A stretch of 59,328 nt of DNA from a virus. Lineage: Duplodnaviria > Caudoviricetes. Below, piece by piece: positions 27,480 to 36,462 of the stretch (its first letter is position 1; every line of letters begins with the position of its first letter). The DNA is taken from IMG/VR virus record IMGVR_UViG_3300010052_000181, positions 1 through 59,328 of that record, one strand, 5' to 3'. Under the pieces are notes generated by a model that saw only the letters and a program-made list of their open reading frames with translations, was not told the origin of the DNA and did not search any database. The translations under genes and the position numbers were made by a program.

Positions 27480-28136
27480 ATGACGCAGATCAATATCACC
27501 GGCCTTGAAGTGGCCAAGCTAACCGCTGTGATCACCGGCGGCGGCTTCAAGCGCTCCGCTTCCAAAGAGATCGCAGCGACCCGCTTTTACAACGCGGCGT
27601 CCAACCGCGGCATTGCGGTGGTCGACGCGGCGATTATCCTCGAGGCCGCTACGTTTGAAGCCGCCAGTGCCCAGCTGCAGGCACTTCTGGCTCCACCGGC
27701 CGCTGCCAAGAAGGCTGCAGCGGAACGTAAAACACCGGTAGCCAAGGACCGGGCCGCGACCGAACAGAAGGCCGGAAGCAAGATCGGCGCCGTCATGGAA
27801 CGCGCCAAGTCCGATCACGGCGTGTCAAACAGTGAGATCCGCTCAATGACCGGGTGGGCCAAGCTTGGCGGCTTCTTCAACGCGGTGACGAATAGCGGGT
27901 TCGATCGCCATCGCGTCCGCGAGGATGGCGACACCCGGTGGTTCGTCGTCGCGCCCGGCTCCGGATGTCACGCGTATATCCGCCCGGCCGCCGGCGAGCC
28001 TTTCCAACGGTTCGGCACCTACAAGGATGCGGACGAAGCCAGCAAGGCCGCCAAGGAAACGGCCGCGGCCGACGGCGAGGACGTCTCGATCGAGATGATC
28101 GCCGATACCGCGATGCTGATCACGGCTACCACCTGA
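27480..28136 (+). CDS. Putative DNA-binding protein with DUF3489-like wHTH
   Basis: GSKIGAVM......GVS.SEI...TGW pattern; GAGG RBS. Confidence 0.55.
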   Translation: MTQINITGLEVAKLTAVITGGGFKRSASKEIAATRFYNAASNRGIAVVDAAIILEAATFEAASAQLQALLAPPAAAKKAAAERKTPVAKDRAATEQKAGSKIGAVMERAKSDHGVSNSEIRSMTGWAKLGGFFNAVTNSGFDRHRVREDGDTRWFVVAPGSGCHAYIRPAAGEPFQRFGTYKDADEASKAAKETAAADGEDVSIEMIADTAMLITATT

Positions 28137-28479
28137 TCACGACGCCTTCGAACTCGTCACCGTTAAGGCCGCTGTAGTACTCCGCAGCAGCCTCAGCGCT
28201 TTCATGGCCGAGCTCTGCAGCCAGCGCGGCGACGTCGGCCCCTGACAAAGCAATCCCGTTTTGCGCGATGGCGAGTCGGCCGCTCCTGATCGAAACGTCG
28301 ACCAGGTCGACGCCCGACACGAGGGGATCAGGATCGACGAGCCGACCGGTTCCGTACATGAGCGTCGCGCGCTCGCCGACCTTTGGAACGCGATGCCCGC
28401 GCCGACGCAGGGTCGCGCGCTTCTTGCCGCTAGCGACGAGCGGCGTCAGGTGATCGCGCAAAAACCTAAGCAGAGCCAT
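28126..28479 (-). CDS. ASCH/PUA-like domain protein
   Basis: VASGKKRATLR......KVGE motif; TGATG coupling. Confidence 0.7.
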   Translation of the reverse strand: MALLRFLRDHLTPLVASGKKRATLRRRGHRVPKVGERATLMYGTGRLVDPDPLVSGVDLVDVSIRSGRLAIAQNGIALSGADVAALAAELGHESAEAAAEYYSGLNGDEFEGVVIRW

Positions 28480-29147
28480 CAGGCCGCGTTCCTTGATACG
28501 CGGAAGCCGGCGGGCATCGCCCCGATCAGTTCCAGTTCAGGTCTGAACGCCGGTGCCCGCTCCCACGACGGCTCCCAGGACGCGAGCCTATGATCCTGCG
28601 GCGCCCGTCTGACAAGCCCCGACATGAGGTCGCGGATCGTTTGGCGCAGGAGCTCGACGCCGAGCGGCATGAGCTTCGCCCGCCACAACTCGCCGGCGTC
28701 CTCGTCGGGATCGATAAAAACGTGCCGCTGCGCGGCGACATCGCCGGCGTCGATGGCGTCACCGAGCCAGAACACAGTCCCGCCGGTTACCGCCTCTCGC
28801 ATATGGACGGCCCAACGCACGGCATCGCGGCCCCGATGACGCGGGAGGAGGGACGGGTGGTAGCCGATTGCGCCAAGCCGGGCACGCGCCCGCGTCTTCG
28901 CGCCGATGAAGTCGAAGCTGTGCGCGGCAACGATCAGATCGGTGTCGGGGGGCACCACTCCGGCTCGCAGGCGGCCGGCCTCAACGCAGGGGACCTCGTC
29001 TCGCTCGGCTTCCCACCTGAGGCGGTCGACACCGCCGTCCGCCCGCAGCAGCGGCGCCGAAGCGGCGACGACGTCGCATTTTTCGTCGCGAAGCATCCGG
29101 TAGACGGCCGCCCCAAACTCCTTCTGGCCGGCGATCAAGACCCTCAT
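28479..29147 (-). CDS. Formyltransferase (Fmt/PurN-like N-terminal domain only)
   Basis: GYHPSLLPRHRG..AV.W and IDAGD motifs. Confidence 0.9.
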   Translation of the reverse strand: MRVLIAGQKEFGAAVYRMLRDEKCDVVAASAPLLRADGGVDRLRWEAERDEVPCVEAGRLRAGVVPPDTDLIVAAHSFDFIGAKTRARARLGAIGYHPSLLPRHRGRDAVRWAVHMREAVTGGTVFWLGDAIDAGDVAAQRHVFIDPDEDAGELWRAKLMPLGVELLRQTIRDLMSGLVRRAPQDHRLASWEPSWERAPAFRPELELIGAMPAGFRVSRNAA

Positions 29148-30304
29148 GACGAGGCCTCGACCGCCAGGGCGGCTTGACCGTAGAAGCGAAAGCCTTGGAC
29201 TGCCCGGAAATGACCCCCGAACCCCGCCTGCAGCGCTGCCTTACCCTTTTTCGCCGCGCTCTTGTTGATCGACATGGCGCTCTTGCGCCTGCTGTCGCCG
29301 TGAAGTGTGGCTGACAGCTGGCGCCACCTGCGGTCCCGCCTCAGCGCCGCGCACAGCTGCGGGTGGCTGGTATGGAAGATCGTCGTTGCCGGCCGGCCGG
29401 AGAGCCGGGCCCAGTCCTCGCCTCGCTCCTGAGCAGCGCAGATCTCGTTCAGGAAACGTAGCCCGACGCCGGCGCCCTGCCATTCAGGCATGACCACCAG
29501 GCGGCAGGCCCGCGCCTCGACTTCGCGTCCCTTGTTCTTCGATGAGACCCCGAGGTGACAGACGAGTTCCCCGTCGACCACCCCGACGTAATACGCGCAG
29601 CCGACCATCCGCGGCAGCTTCAGATAGTGATGCGGCTCAAAGAGCGGCCAGTAATTTCCGTCCGTCTTCCAGATTTCGAGATCGAACGAAGGCCGTCGAA
29701 GACGCCCCCTTGCGAAGGAGCCCTTCGCCGTATCGAACACCCAGTCCGGCTCGATCCACTCCACGACGTCGTAGTGTGGCGTCAAAAGTACGACCTGGCC
29801 GGAGCCTCGCCGCCACGACTTCGCAAAGGCGAGGGCGCCGAATTTGGCGATCTGCCGATCGACAACTGACGTGAACTCGTCGACGATCGCGCGGGCCGGC
29901 GCCTCGACCACCAAGCGGGCGAGGTCTGCCCGGAACTTCTCTCCGTTGGAGAGCACCGGGTAGGGCCTCAGCCATGTCGGCACCGTACCCAGGCCGACGG
30001 ATCCAAGCGCCGCCGTGACATCGTTAAACTCGCCGTCCGGCGCGATCGCGTCGATAATCGGCGCGTCGTCCGGCCACTCGGGCAGCCAGAACGGCGCCGG
30101 CTCCCCGAATATCTGGCGACCGATCGACGTCTTTCCGGACCCGGACGGGCCGACGATGACGCCGATTCGCCAGTCACCTCCATCGATGTCGAGCTCTGCG
30201 TCGAGCGAGAAATCGCAGCCGGTTTCGGCGTTGAACAGGCTTTTCGTGCGGGCCGCCCGGTAGCTGTTGAAGTCCGAGCAGCGGTTCCTTACCTCGACCT
30301 TCAT
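29144..30304 (-). CDS. ABC-type ATPase fused to GNAT acyltransferase
   Basis: GPSGSGKT, LSNGEK, IVDEF, TPH; HHYL and RLVVMPEWQGAGVG. Confidence 0.88.
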   Translation of the reverse strand: MKVEVRNRCSDFNSYRAARTKSLFNAETGCDFSLDAELDIDGGDWRIGVIVGPSGSGKTSIGRQIFGEPAPFWLPEWPDDAPIIDAIAPDGEFNDVTAALGSVGLGTVPTWLRPYPVLSNGEKFRADLARLVVEAPARAIVDEFTSVVDRQIAKFGALAFAKSWRRGSGQVVLLTPHYDVVEWIEPDWVFDTAKGSFARGRLRRPSFDLEIWKTDGNYWPLFEPHHYLKLPRMVGCAYYVGVVDGELVCHLGVSSKNKGREVEARACRLVVMPEWQGAGVGLRFLNEICAAQERGEDWARLSGRPATTIFHTSHPQLCAALRRDRRWRQLSATLHGDSRRKSAMSINKSAAKKGKAALQAGFGGHFRAVQGFRFYGQAALAVEASS

Positions 30305-30855
30305 GTCACGACCACCTTGACCTGGTGGCCCGACTTTGCGAGCTGGCCGAAGACCTCGGCTTGGTGCTTTTCGTCGCGGCAGACGACGATGACACCATAC
30401 TGCTCGCTGTAGCGGTCAGCGGGAATCGAGGCGTCGTCGTCTTCGCCGCCAAGCAGCCCGAGCGATTCCGGGTCCAGCCCGAGTTCGCCAAGGTCCATGT
30501 CCAAGTCGGCGAGATCGTCGAGCTCGAGCGACAGCGCGGGCAAGTCCCAGCTCGTCTCCTCACCAACGCGGTTGTCAGCCAGGCGGTACGCCTTGACCTG
30601 CTTCGACGTCAGCCCGTCCGCGACATGCACCGGGACGAATTCGAGCCCAAGGTGCTGTGCGGCTTTCAGCCGGGTATGGCCGACGATGATGACGCCGGCG
30701 GCGTCGACCACGATCGGCTGCCGCCATCCGAACTCTCGGATTGAGGCCGCGACCTTCAGGACCGCGCTTTCCGGGATGACCCGCGGATTGCGTTCGTAGG
30801 GGATAACCTCGTCGATCGGCCGCATCTCGGCCGAGTAGGAATTGTGCGATTGCAT
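30301..30855 (-). CDS. ParB/Srx N-terminal domain protein (packaging-associated type)
   Basis: PYERNPR, SIREFGWRQPIVVD, GHTRLKAA, AYRLADNR. Confidence 0.9.
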   Translation of the reverse strand: MQSHNSYSAEMRPIDEVIPYERNPRVIPESAVLKVAASIREFGWRQPIVVDAAGVIIVGHTRLKAAQHLGLEFVPVHVADGLTSKQVKAYRLADNRVGEETSWDLPALSLELDDLADLDMDLGELGLDPESLGLLGGEDDDASIPADRYSEQYGVIVVCRDEKHQAEVFGQLAKSGHQVKVVVT

Positions 30856-31048
30856 GAAGAAGGCCCATCGTGCCCCCGCCGCGTGCGCGGTGGCGGGGTG
30901 GCCGGATTGCCGGCCGGGTCTTGGTCATGCGAGTGACAGCTCGCGGCTCGGGCGCGTCAACGCCCGGGCTCCCGCCTCTTCCGAAGCAGGGCCTTCGTTC
31001 TCCCATCCTTTAATAGACGGGAAAGTGTGGTGTTCAGCCCGAGGCTGA

Positions 31049-31148
31049 GAAAAAAATCCACGCGTGAGCCCCGAGCGGTTCAGCCCCCCAAGGCCCCAGA
31101 GATCGGATACCCCCCTCCCTTGCCCGTTTGACGGGGCAGGGGGGTCAG
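31049..31148 (-). other. Probable cos/packaging-initiation region
   Basis: Non-coding G-run/hairpin/T-run segment just downstream of HNH, where HK97-like phages usually carry cos; cut site not determined. Confidence 0.45.
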
Positions 31149-31194
31149 CTGTCGATGGTGATCGACCTTGATGAAGTCCGGGGACGGATGAAGG

Positions 31195-31524
31195 TCAGAT
31201 GGGCTGCTGCATGCGCTGTGCTCGAGCACGCAGCCCTTTCAGGGTGTTATGCTTGACGCATAGACATTGCCCGTTTGCAGGATCGAGTGCTGATCCACCA
31301 TCCTTGCGTTCGGTGATGTGGTCAGCGATCAGACGGAGCGGAGCTGCCGTCAGGCAGCGCTTCCCATCTTCGACCCATTCACATCGGTATCCAGCACGGG
31401 CGATGACCTGTGCCCGCCATGCCCGGTGCTCAGGTGTGAGCAGCTCAGGATCAGCCTTCTTACGAGCAGGGCTGGCGGTACGGATGTCGAGGGTTCGCAC
31501 CGAGGGGCGGAGCAAGCGCACCAT
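31195..31524 (-). CDS. HNH endonuclease (terminase-associated)
   Basis: RCE...C...ADHI.E..DGG..LD..NGQCLC..HN..K. Confidence 0.9.
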   Translation of the reverse strand: MVRLLRPSVRTLDIRTASPARKKADPELLTPEHRAWRAQVIARAGYRCEWVEDGKRCLTAAPLRLIADHITERKDGGSALDPANGQCLCVKHNTLKGLRARAQRMQQPI

Positions 31525-31700
31525 GCCATTCTGAATCCTGGTGTAGTGCTCTACCTTTAGATCGCAGAGCGCTGCCTTGGCCGGGCGGGGCTTACGCCCG
31601 CCGGCCGGAGGGCACCGAAAGATCAGAATCAGCGTCTGCGCGCGTGCGCGAGGGGGCCGCGATCCAGTACCACATGTTTTTCGTCGTTTCGGGGCCGGGG

Positions 31701-31745
31701 CGAGAATGTCCGAGAAGTGTACCGAGAATGTCGCGAGTTTGTCCG
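31701..31745. repeat. Four tandem ~10-11 bp direct repeats
   Basis: CGAGAATGTC 31701, CGAGAAGTGT 31711, CGAGAATGTC 31723, CGAGTTTGTC 31734. Confidence 0.7.
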
Positions 31746-31767
31746 CTCGATTTAGCTTGACAGCTTT

Positions 31768-32466
31768 TCAGGCCTGGCCGGATTTCAGCGCCTTTCGCTT
31801 GGCTGCTTGCTTCCGGCGCCGGCGCTCGTTGCGCTTCCTCGCCCAGCTGAAGGCATTTTGCGGCTCGTCAGGAATGAAGGGCACGACGGTCCCATCAGCG
31901 GCCCACGAATTGAGACCTTCTCGTTGTCCCGCATCTTCCGCGATCGTATCGGAAAGGTGGCCGATTTCGGGGCCGCTGCGCAACACCCTGATTTCCGGCA
32001 TTTCGCCATTCTGCGAACCCCTGCGAACCAGATATGCGGAAATTTTCGCCAAAGCGCGGTCTTTCCTGCGCCTCCCGGTCTCCGGATGAATGCCCTCCGT
32101 CTTGAAACACCAGCGCCGAAAAGACTTGCCGCCGACCTTGGAGCGGGCCCATGCGAGCAGGGCGCGCCGCTCATCCTCGCTGTCGACCGCGACCAGCCAT
32201 GCCTGCAGGATTTCGAGCTCGGACAGTTCGTGCGCGCTCGGCAGCACGCCGAGTCGCTCCCAGAATGCCCTCCGTTCCTCGGCCAGCGGATCGGCTCCGA
32301 TCTCCAGATGATCGCCTGGCACCTTGCCCCAGCCGTTCTTGTCCGATTGCGAATGAACATAGGGCAACGCAAGCGACCGCGGCTGCGCAGGCCCGACATG
32401 CTCGCGGGTGGCACGGTCGATCTCGGCGGCTCGAATGAAGAGTTCTGCGATCTCTCCGATGTTCAT
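31768..32466 (-). CDS. Putative late-gene transcription regulator
   Basis: Last early gene before late operon; sigma-region-4-like HTH (ERRAL.AWA...SFRRWC...GI..ETGRRR..RAL..I). Confidence 0.6.
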   Translation of the reverse strand: MNIGEIAELFIRAAEIDRATREHVGPAQPRSLALPYVHSQSDKNGWGKVPGDHLEIGADPLAEERRAFWERLGVLPSAHELSELEILQAWLVAVDSEDERRALLAWARSKVGGKSFRRWCFKTEGIHPETGRRRKDRALAKISAYLVRRGSQNGEMPEIRVLRSGPEIGHLSDTIAEDAGQREGLNSWAADGTVVPFIPDEPQNAFSWARKRNERRRRKQAAKRKALKSGQA

Positions 32467-32912
32467 CGGGGACGTCTCATGTCGTCGAACAGGTCCAGTT
32501 GATCCGCATTCTCGCCGAACCGTCTGAATATCCTTTCATAGACCATGCCGCCGAGCGCGTAGCGCTGCGGGACCAGCCCGCTGAGATCCTGGCAAACGTA
32601 CTGCAGCTGGCCGACCGGCATCCGGTCCCAGAGGTCAAGCCAGTCGCTGTCGATATGGTCGACCCCTCTGATCAGCACCATGTCGGACGCCATCCAGAGG
32701 CCGACCTCGTCGAGCAGCGCCTTGTTGTTGGCAGTTTCGGCCAGCGTGGTCAGGACCATTCGGAGATGGGTTTCGCCGTGGCGGCGGTAGATGCGAGCCA
32801 GCGTTTCAACGGCCCTGGTCTGCCCGATTTCCGGGTATCGATGGCCGTCAATGATCTCGATACGAAACTCGTCGCAAAGGCGCCTGATATGAGCTGGGAC
32901 GAGGGCGCTCAC
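32463..32912 (-). CDS. Hypothetical phage protein
   Basis: Overlap-coupled to both neighbours. Confidence 0.7.
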   Translation of the reverse strand: MSALVPAHIRRLCDEFRIEIIDGHRYPEIGQTRAVETLARIYRRHGETHLRMVLTTLAETANNKALLDEVGLWMASDMVLIRGVDHIDSDWLDLWDRMPVGQLQYVCQDLSGLVPQRYALGGMVYERIFRRFGENADQLDLFDDMRRPR

Positions 32913-35176
32913 AGCAGGATTTCCTGATCACTGTCGATGATCTCGGCCATGCCCGGCGAAAGGGGCGGGGGCGAGTTTGTCCCAGAAATGTCCGAAGTTT
33001 GGGGCGAGTTTGTCCGATTCCGCATTTCTGGCGGGAAGGTCTCGGGGAAGCCTCGAATTGGCTTCCCGGTCCACCACACCAGCGCCGACTTTTCGGAGAT
33101 CCGCTTGAACACCACGATGCCCGCCTTGACCAGGAATCCGGTGTTACGCTCGAAGTTCTTCCGGATCTTCGCTTTGGCAGCGGTGACGTCCTGCTCGGAG
33201 GCGTCCATCGTGACGGCGACATCGAGGTAGTAGCTGAAGTCGACGACGTGCTTGCCGATCGCCTCCGCGGGCCCGTCCTTGTCGGTGGCGACGAACTTCC
33301 CGTATTTCTTGATGGCTTTGAACAGCGGGATCAGGAGGGCCTCCTCCGACGGCCGCACCGAGAATCCGAACTGTTCGCCCTCCTTCTTGAGCTTTTCCTT
33401 CTCGTCGACGGTGACGACGACGCATGACGTTTGATCGCGCCCGGTCTTTGCATTGGCGCCGATCTGGACGGACTGGAGGCTGAAAGTTAGCTTGAGGCCG
33501 TCCTCGTCATCTTTCTGCTTGTCGAGCAGGGCGGTCCGGATCTTCGTCATGGGATCGACGGTGACGAGGACAACCTGGTCGACGTTGGCGTAGATCGAGG
33601 TGTGGCCTCGCAGCTTCTTGCCATCGGCGTTCATGTGATGGACCAGGCAGACGTGGACGCCACATTCGTGCTCGATGCGGGCGATGTGATCGAGCACCAC
33701 CGACATGTCCTTGCCGTCGTTCTCGTTGGCGCCGGCCGTGGCGGTTGAGAGGGTGTCGATGACGACGAGGCGCAGCGGCTTGGAGAGCGTCAGCGACCAC
33801 GCCTTGATCTCGTCGATGAGCGGTTGGGTGTCGCCATCCTTGGCGTAGAGGTTGACGCGCGCCGTGAGCGGGACAATCGGGACGTCTTCGTCGGGCCCGA
33901 CCTCGAAGTGCTTCCGATAGGCCTTGAAGCGCTTCTTGATACCCCAGCCGCCTTCGCCGGCCTGGTAGACGACGGCGCCTTCCTTCACCGGGATGTCGAA
34001 GAACGGGAGGCCGCGGGCGACACACATGGCGAGATGGATGGCGAGGAACGATTTGCCGGATTTCGATGGCCCGCCGATGACGGATCGTCCGCGTTCCGTC
34101 CACCAGCCCTCGACGAGATAGTCCTGCTCGAGCCCGGGATTGTCGAGCTCCGACCAGGTGAAGGCGCCGAAGCGCGACTTCGGCCGCTCTGGCGACCAGT
34201 GCGGCGCCTTCTTGATCAGCGCCGCCAGTTTTTCGCCGGTCCCGCCGGCGCGTTCCTTCCAGTCGGTGACGTCTGCCTTTGGGGGCATGTCCTTCCAGTG
34301 CGCGGCGAGATCCAGGACGCGCACCGATTTCACATGTGGTTTCAGCCCGGCGCCGCGCAGACTGACCCGTTGTCGGCCGGTGTCGTCGTTGTCCGGCAGC
34401 AGGATGACGTTGGCGCCGGCGAGATCATCGTGGAAGGATTCCGACCAGTATTTGGCGCCACCGGCGTTGGTGGTTGCGGCGAGGCCCCATGCCCGCAGGG
34501 TTTCGACGTCCTTCTCGCCCTCCGCCAGCAGGATCGCGCGACCTTCCGCCTTGGCCTTGAGGACCTCGTCGCGGTTATACAGCCAGCGGGTGGCGGCGGG
34601 GATTTGCTCGACGCGATCGTAGTGCTTGTCGGGCTTGGTCGCGAACCAGTCTCCGGACTTGTTGCGGTAGAACTCGCCCTCCTGCAGCTTCCAGATCCAG
34701 CCGCCCTCGGGATGCGGGCGCCGCTGCATGTAGCGGGGTCCCTCTGTCTCTTTCGGGAACTTCAGGACCTCGTAGGCGAGTTTTCCCTTGTCATCGAAAT
34801 ACTCGAAGATGGCGATCGGTTTCGGCTCCAGCCAGCGCGGCACGCGCGCGGCGAGTGCGCTGGCTGCCTGGCCGTTATCCTGCTGATCTCGTCCGCCGGC
34901 GCGGCGCTGGATGAACCCGCGTTCCTGAAGCCACTCCAGAGCCTCCGGTGTGTTAAAGCCTCTGTAGGCCCGCAGCAGATCGAGGACGCCGCCGCCGGTC
35001 TGGTCTTCGTGGTCGAACCACGTCCCCTTTTTGAGGTCGACGGAAACGGAGCCTTTGTCGCCCCAGCGCCATTCGCTGGAGCTCGACATATGCTTGTTCT
35101 TGTCGCCCATGAACTCGGGGAGCACGGCCTCGGCGACCGGCCCCATGATGGCGGCAAACTCTGCTGAATCGGACAT
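32909..35176 (-). CDS. Primase-helicase (TOPRIM + RepA/AAA_25-type helicase)
   Basis: LAEGEKD, LPDND..G; GPSKSGKS, VVIDTL, VHH, LRGH. Confidence 0.9.
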   Translation of the reverse strand: MSDSAEFAAIMGPVAEAVLPEFMGDKNKHMSSSSEWRWGDKGSVSVDLKKGTWFDHEDQTGGGVLDLLRAYRGFNTPEALEWLQERGFIQRRAGGRDQQDNGQAASALAARVPRWLEPKPIAIFEYFDDKGKLAYEVLKFPKETEGPRYMQRRPHPEGGWIWKLQEGEFYRNKSGDWFATKPDKHYDRVEQIPAATRWLYNRDEVLKAKAEGRAILLAEGEKDVETLRAWGLAATTNAGGAKYWSESFHDDLAGANVILLPDNDDTGRQRVSLRGAGLKPHVKSVRVLDLAAHWKDMPPKADVTDWKERAGGTGEKLAALIKKAPHWSPERPKSRFGAFTWSELDNPGLEQDYLVEGWWTERGRSVIGGPSKSGKSFLAIHLAMCVARGLPFFDIPVKEGAVVYQAGEGGWGIKKRFKAYRKHFEVGPDEDVPIVPLTARVNLYAKDGDTQPLIDEIKAWSLTLSKPLRLVVIDTLSTATAGANENDGKDMSVVLDHIARIEHECGVHVCLVHHMNADGKKLRGHTSIYANVDQVVLVTVDPMTKIRTALLDKQKDDEDGLKLTFSLQSVQIGANAKTGRDQTSCVVVTVDEKEKLKKEGEQFGFSVRPSEEALLIPLFKAIKKYGKFVATDKDGPAEAIGKHVVDFSYYLDVAVTMDASEQDVTAAKAKIRKNFERNTGFLVKAGIVVFKRISEKSALVWWTGKPIRGFPETFPPEMRNRTNSPQTSDISGTNSPPPLSPGMAEIIDSDQEILL
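32968..33016. repeat. Iteron-like direct repeat GGGGCGAGTTTGTCC (two copies)
   Basis: 32968-32982 and 33001-33015, with AGAAATGTCC between. Confidence 0.7.
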
Positions 35177-35229
35177 GTTCAGGCGGCCGCCTCATTTGCT
35201 ATGGTTGCGGCATTGGGGGAGGCGCCTAC

Positions 35230-35949
35230 ATGCGCATCGACTATGCGAGCTTCTGCATCGGACTGCTGGCAGGCTTCACCGGCTTCGTGATCATCTTCTA
35301 TCTGGCGGACAGCTACGGCATACAGTCGGCCGAGCTTTGTCTCCCGGGTGAGAGCCTGGTTACATGCGTCCGGGATTGGGCGGACGTCCTGGCGATCATA
35401 GGGGCCGCGGCGACTGTGATTTTCATCTTGTTGCAGATGCGTGGGTCCGATCGCCAGCACCAGGACAACGTGGCTTTGCAGACTTTGCCTATGCGCGCGA
35501 GCATCGCCCGCTTCATCGTTGAGACTATCGAGCCCCTCGAACGGATGCTTCAACCGGTCCTCGAAGCGGAAATGAAATATGCGACCGGCAACTGGACTAA
35601 GATTAGGCCAGCTAGTGTTCACGATGCTCTCAACGAGATTGCCAGGTGGACGCAACCCACCAGCCTCACGCGGATCATCGTATACGACGATGGCACATTG
35701 ATCGAACTCTGCGACAAGGCGGAGCGCGCGGCTCTCGCGACCGCCATGACGTGGAGCAGACCGGATGGGTATGGGAACTCCGCGCCGATCAGCGTTGTGA
35801 CCAAGGAAGCCTGCGCCAGTTTGCAGCCCGTGATTTCGGCCTGTTATGCCTTTACCGAAGCGGCGCGTGCGCTGCATGCTCAGGTGAGCTCGGGCACGGC
35901 GCCGACCGTGCGCGAGAGACTTCGCAGGCATATCGCAATTGTCCCCTGA
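35230..35949 (+). CDS. Membrane protein moron (2 N-terminal TM), antisense to early operon
   Basis: GGAGG RBS; two hydrophobic helices linked by a C...C loop. Confidence 0.75.
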   Translation: MRIDYASFCIGLLAGFTGFVIIFYLADSYGIQSAELCLPGESLVTCVRDWADVLAIIGAAATVIFILLQMRGSDRQHQDNVALQTLPMRASIARFIVETIEPLERMLQPVLEAEMKYATGNWTKIRPASVHDALNEIARWTQPTSLTRIIVYDDGTLIELCDKAERAALATAMTWSRPDGYGNSAPISVVTKEACASLQPVISACYAFTEAARALHAQVSSGTAPTVRERLRRHIAIVP

Positions 35950-35951
35950 TC

Positions 35952-36236
35952 TCATCGCCTGACGACCTCCACCGGCCGGCGGCCCTTGCCTGGGAAGATC
36001 TTGGCGAACTCACCCTCCGCGCGCGCTATCGAGGCCTTCTCGCCACTACCAACGATATCGCCCTGAAGATGGGCGCGCAGCGCGCGCCAGGCTTCCAGCT
36101 CGGCCTCGGTCTCGGACGGATAGATCTGGGCGATCCCATCCTTGCACACCGACTCCCAGCCGGCGCGGTGAACCTTGCGGAACTGGCCTTCGAACCCGCC
36201 CATCACGGGGACGGCCCTTGCGTTGACCTCGTTCAT
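35952..36236 (-). CDS. Hypothetical phage protein
   Basis: Protein-like composition; early operon. Confidence 0.65.
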   Translation of the reverse strand: MNEVNARAVPVMGGFEGQFRKVHRAGWESVCKDGIAQIYPSETEAELEAWRALRAHLQGDIVGSGEKASIARAEGEFAKIFPGKGRRPVEVVRR

Positions 36237-36282
36237 CAGGCGGTGCCCCCAGGGGAGAGGGAGGCCGCCGGATCATCAAGAG

Positions 36283-36462
36283 CTAGCGCCGCTGGCCGGA
36301 ATATAGTTCGGGAACGAACAGCTCGTTGAAGCGCCCAAGCGCCCGCATCGCCGCTATTCCGTCCTCGACCTTTCCCGTCGACTCGGCTCTCGATCGAGCA
36401 TCGAGATATTGCTGCCAGGCGATATCGACCTCGCTGGCGAAGGGGATGATCTTTGCAGCCAC
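36283..36462 (-). CDS. 59-aa helical protein (MAAKIIPFASEVDIAWQQY...), below ORF-track cutoff
   Basis: GTG start with AGGA RBS; TAG at 36283-36285. Confidence 0.55.
   Translation of the reverse strand: MAAKIIPFASEVDIAWQQYLDARSRAESTGKVEDGIAAMRALGRFNELFVPELYSGQRR

Noticed and set aside
28479-29147. Housekeeping fmt or purN
   Set aside because: Lacks the Fmt C-terminal domain and sits in a coupled phage operon, so no gene symbol assigned
29144-30304. ABC transporter
   Set aside because: No permease or substrate-binding genes; ATPase is fused to a GNAT domain
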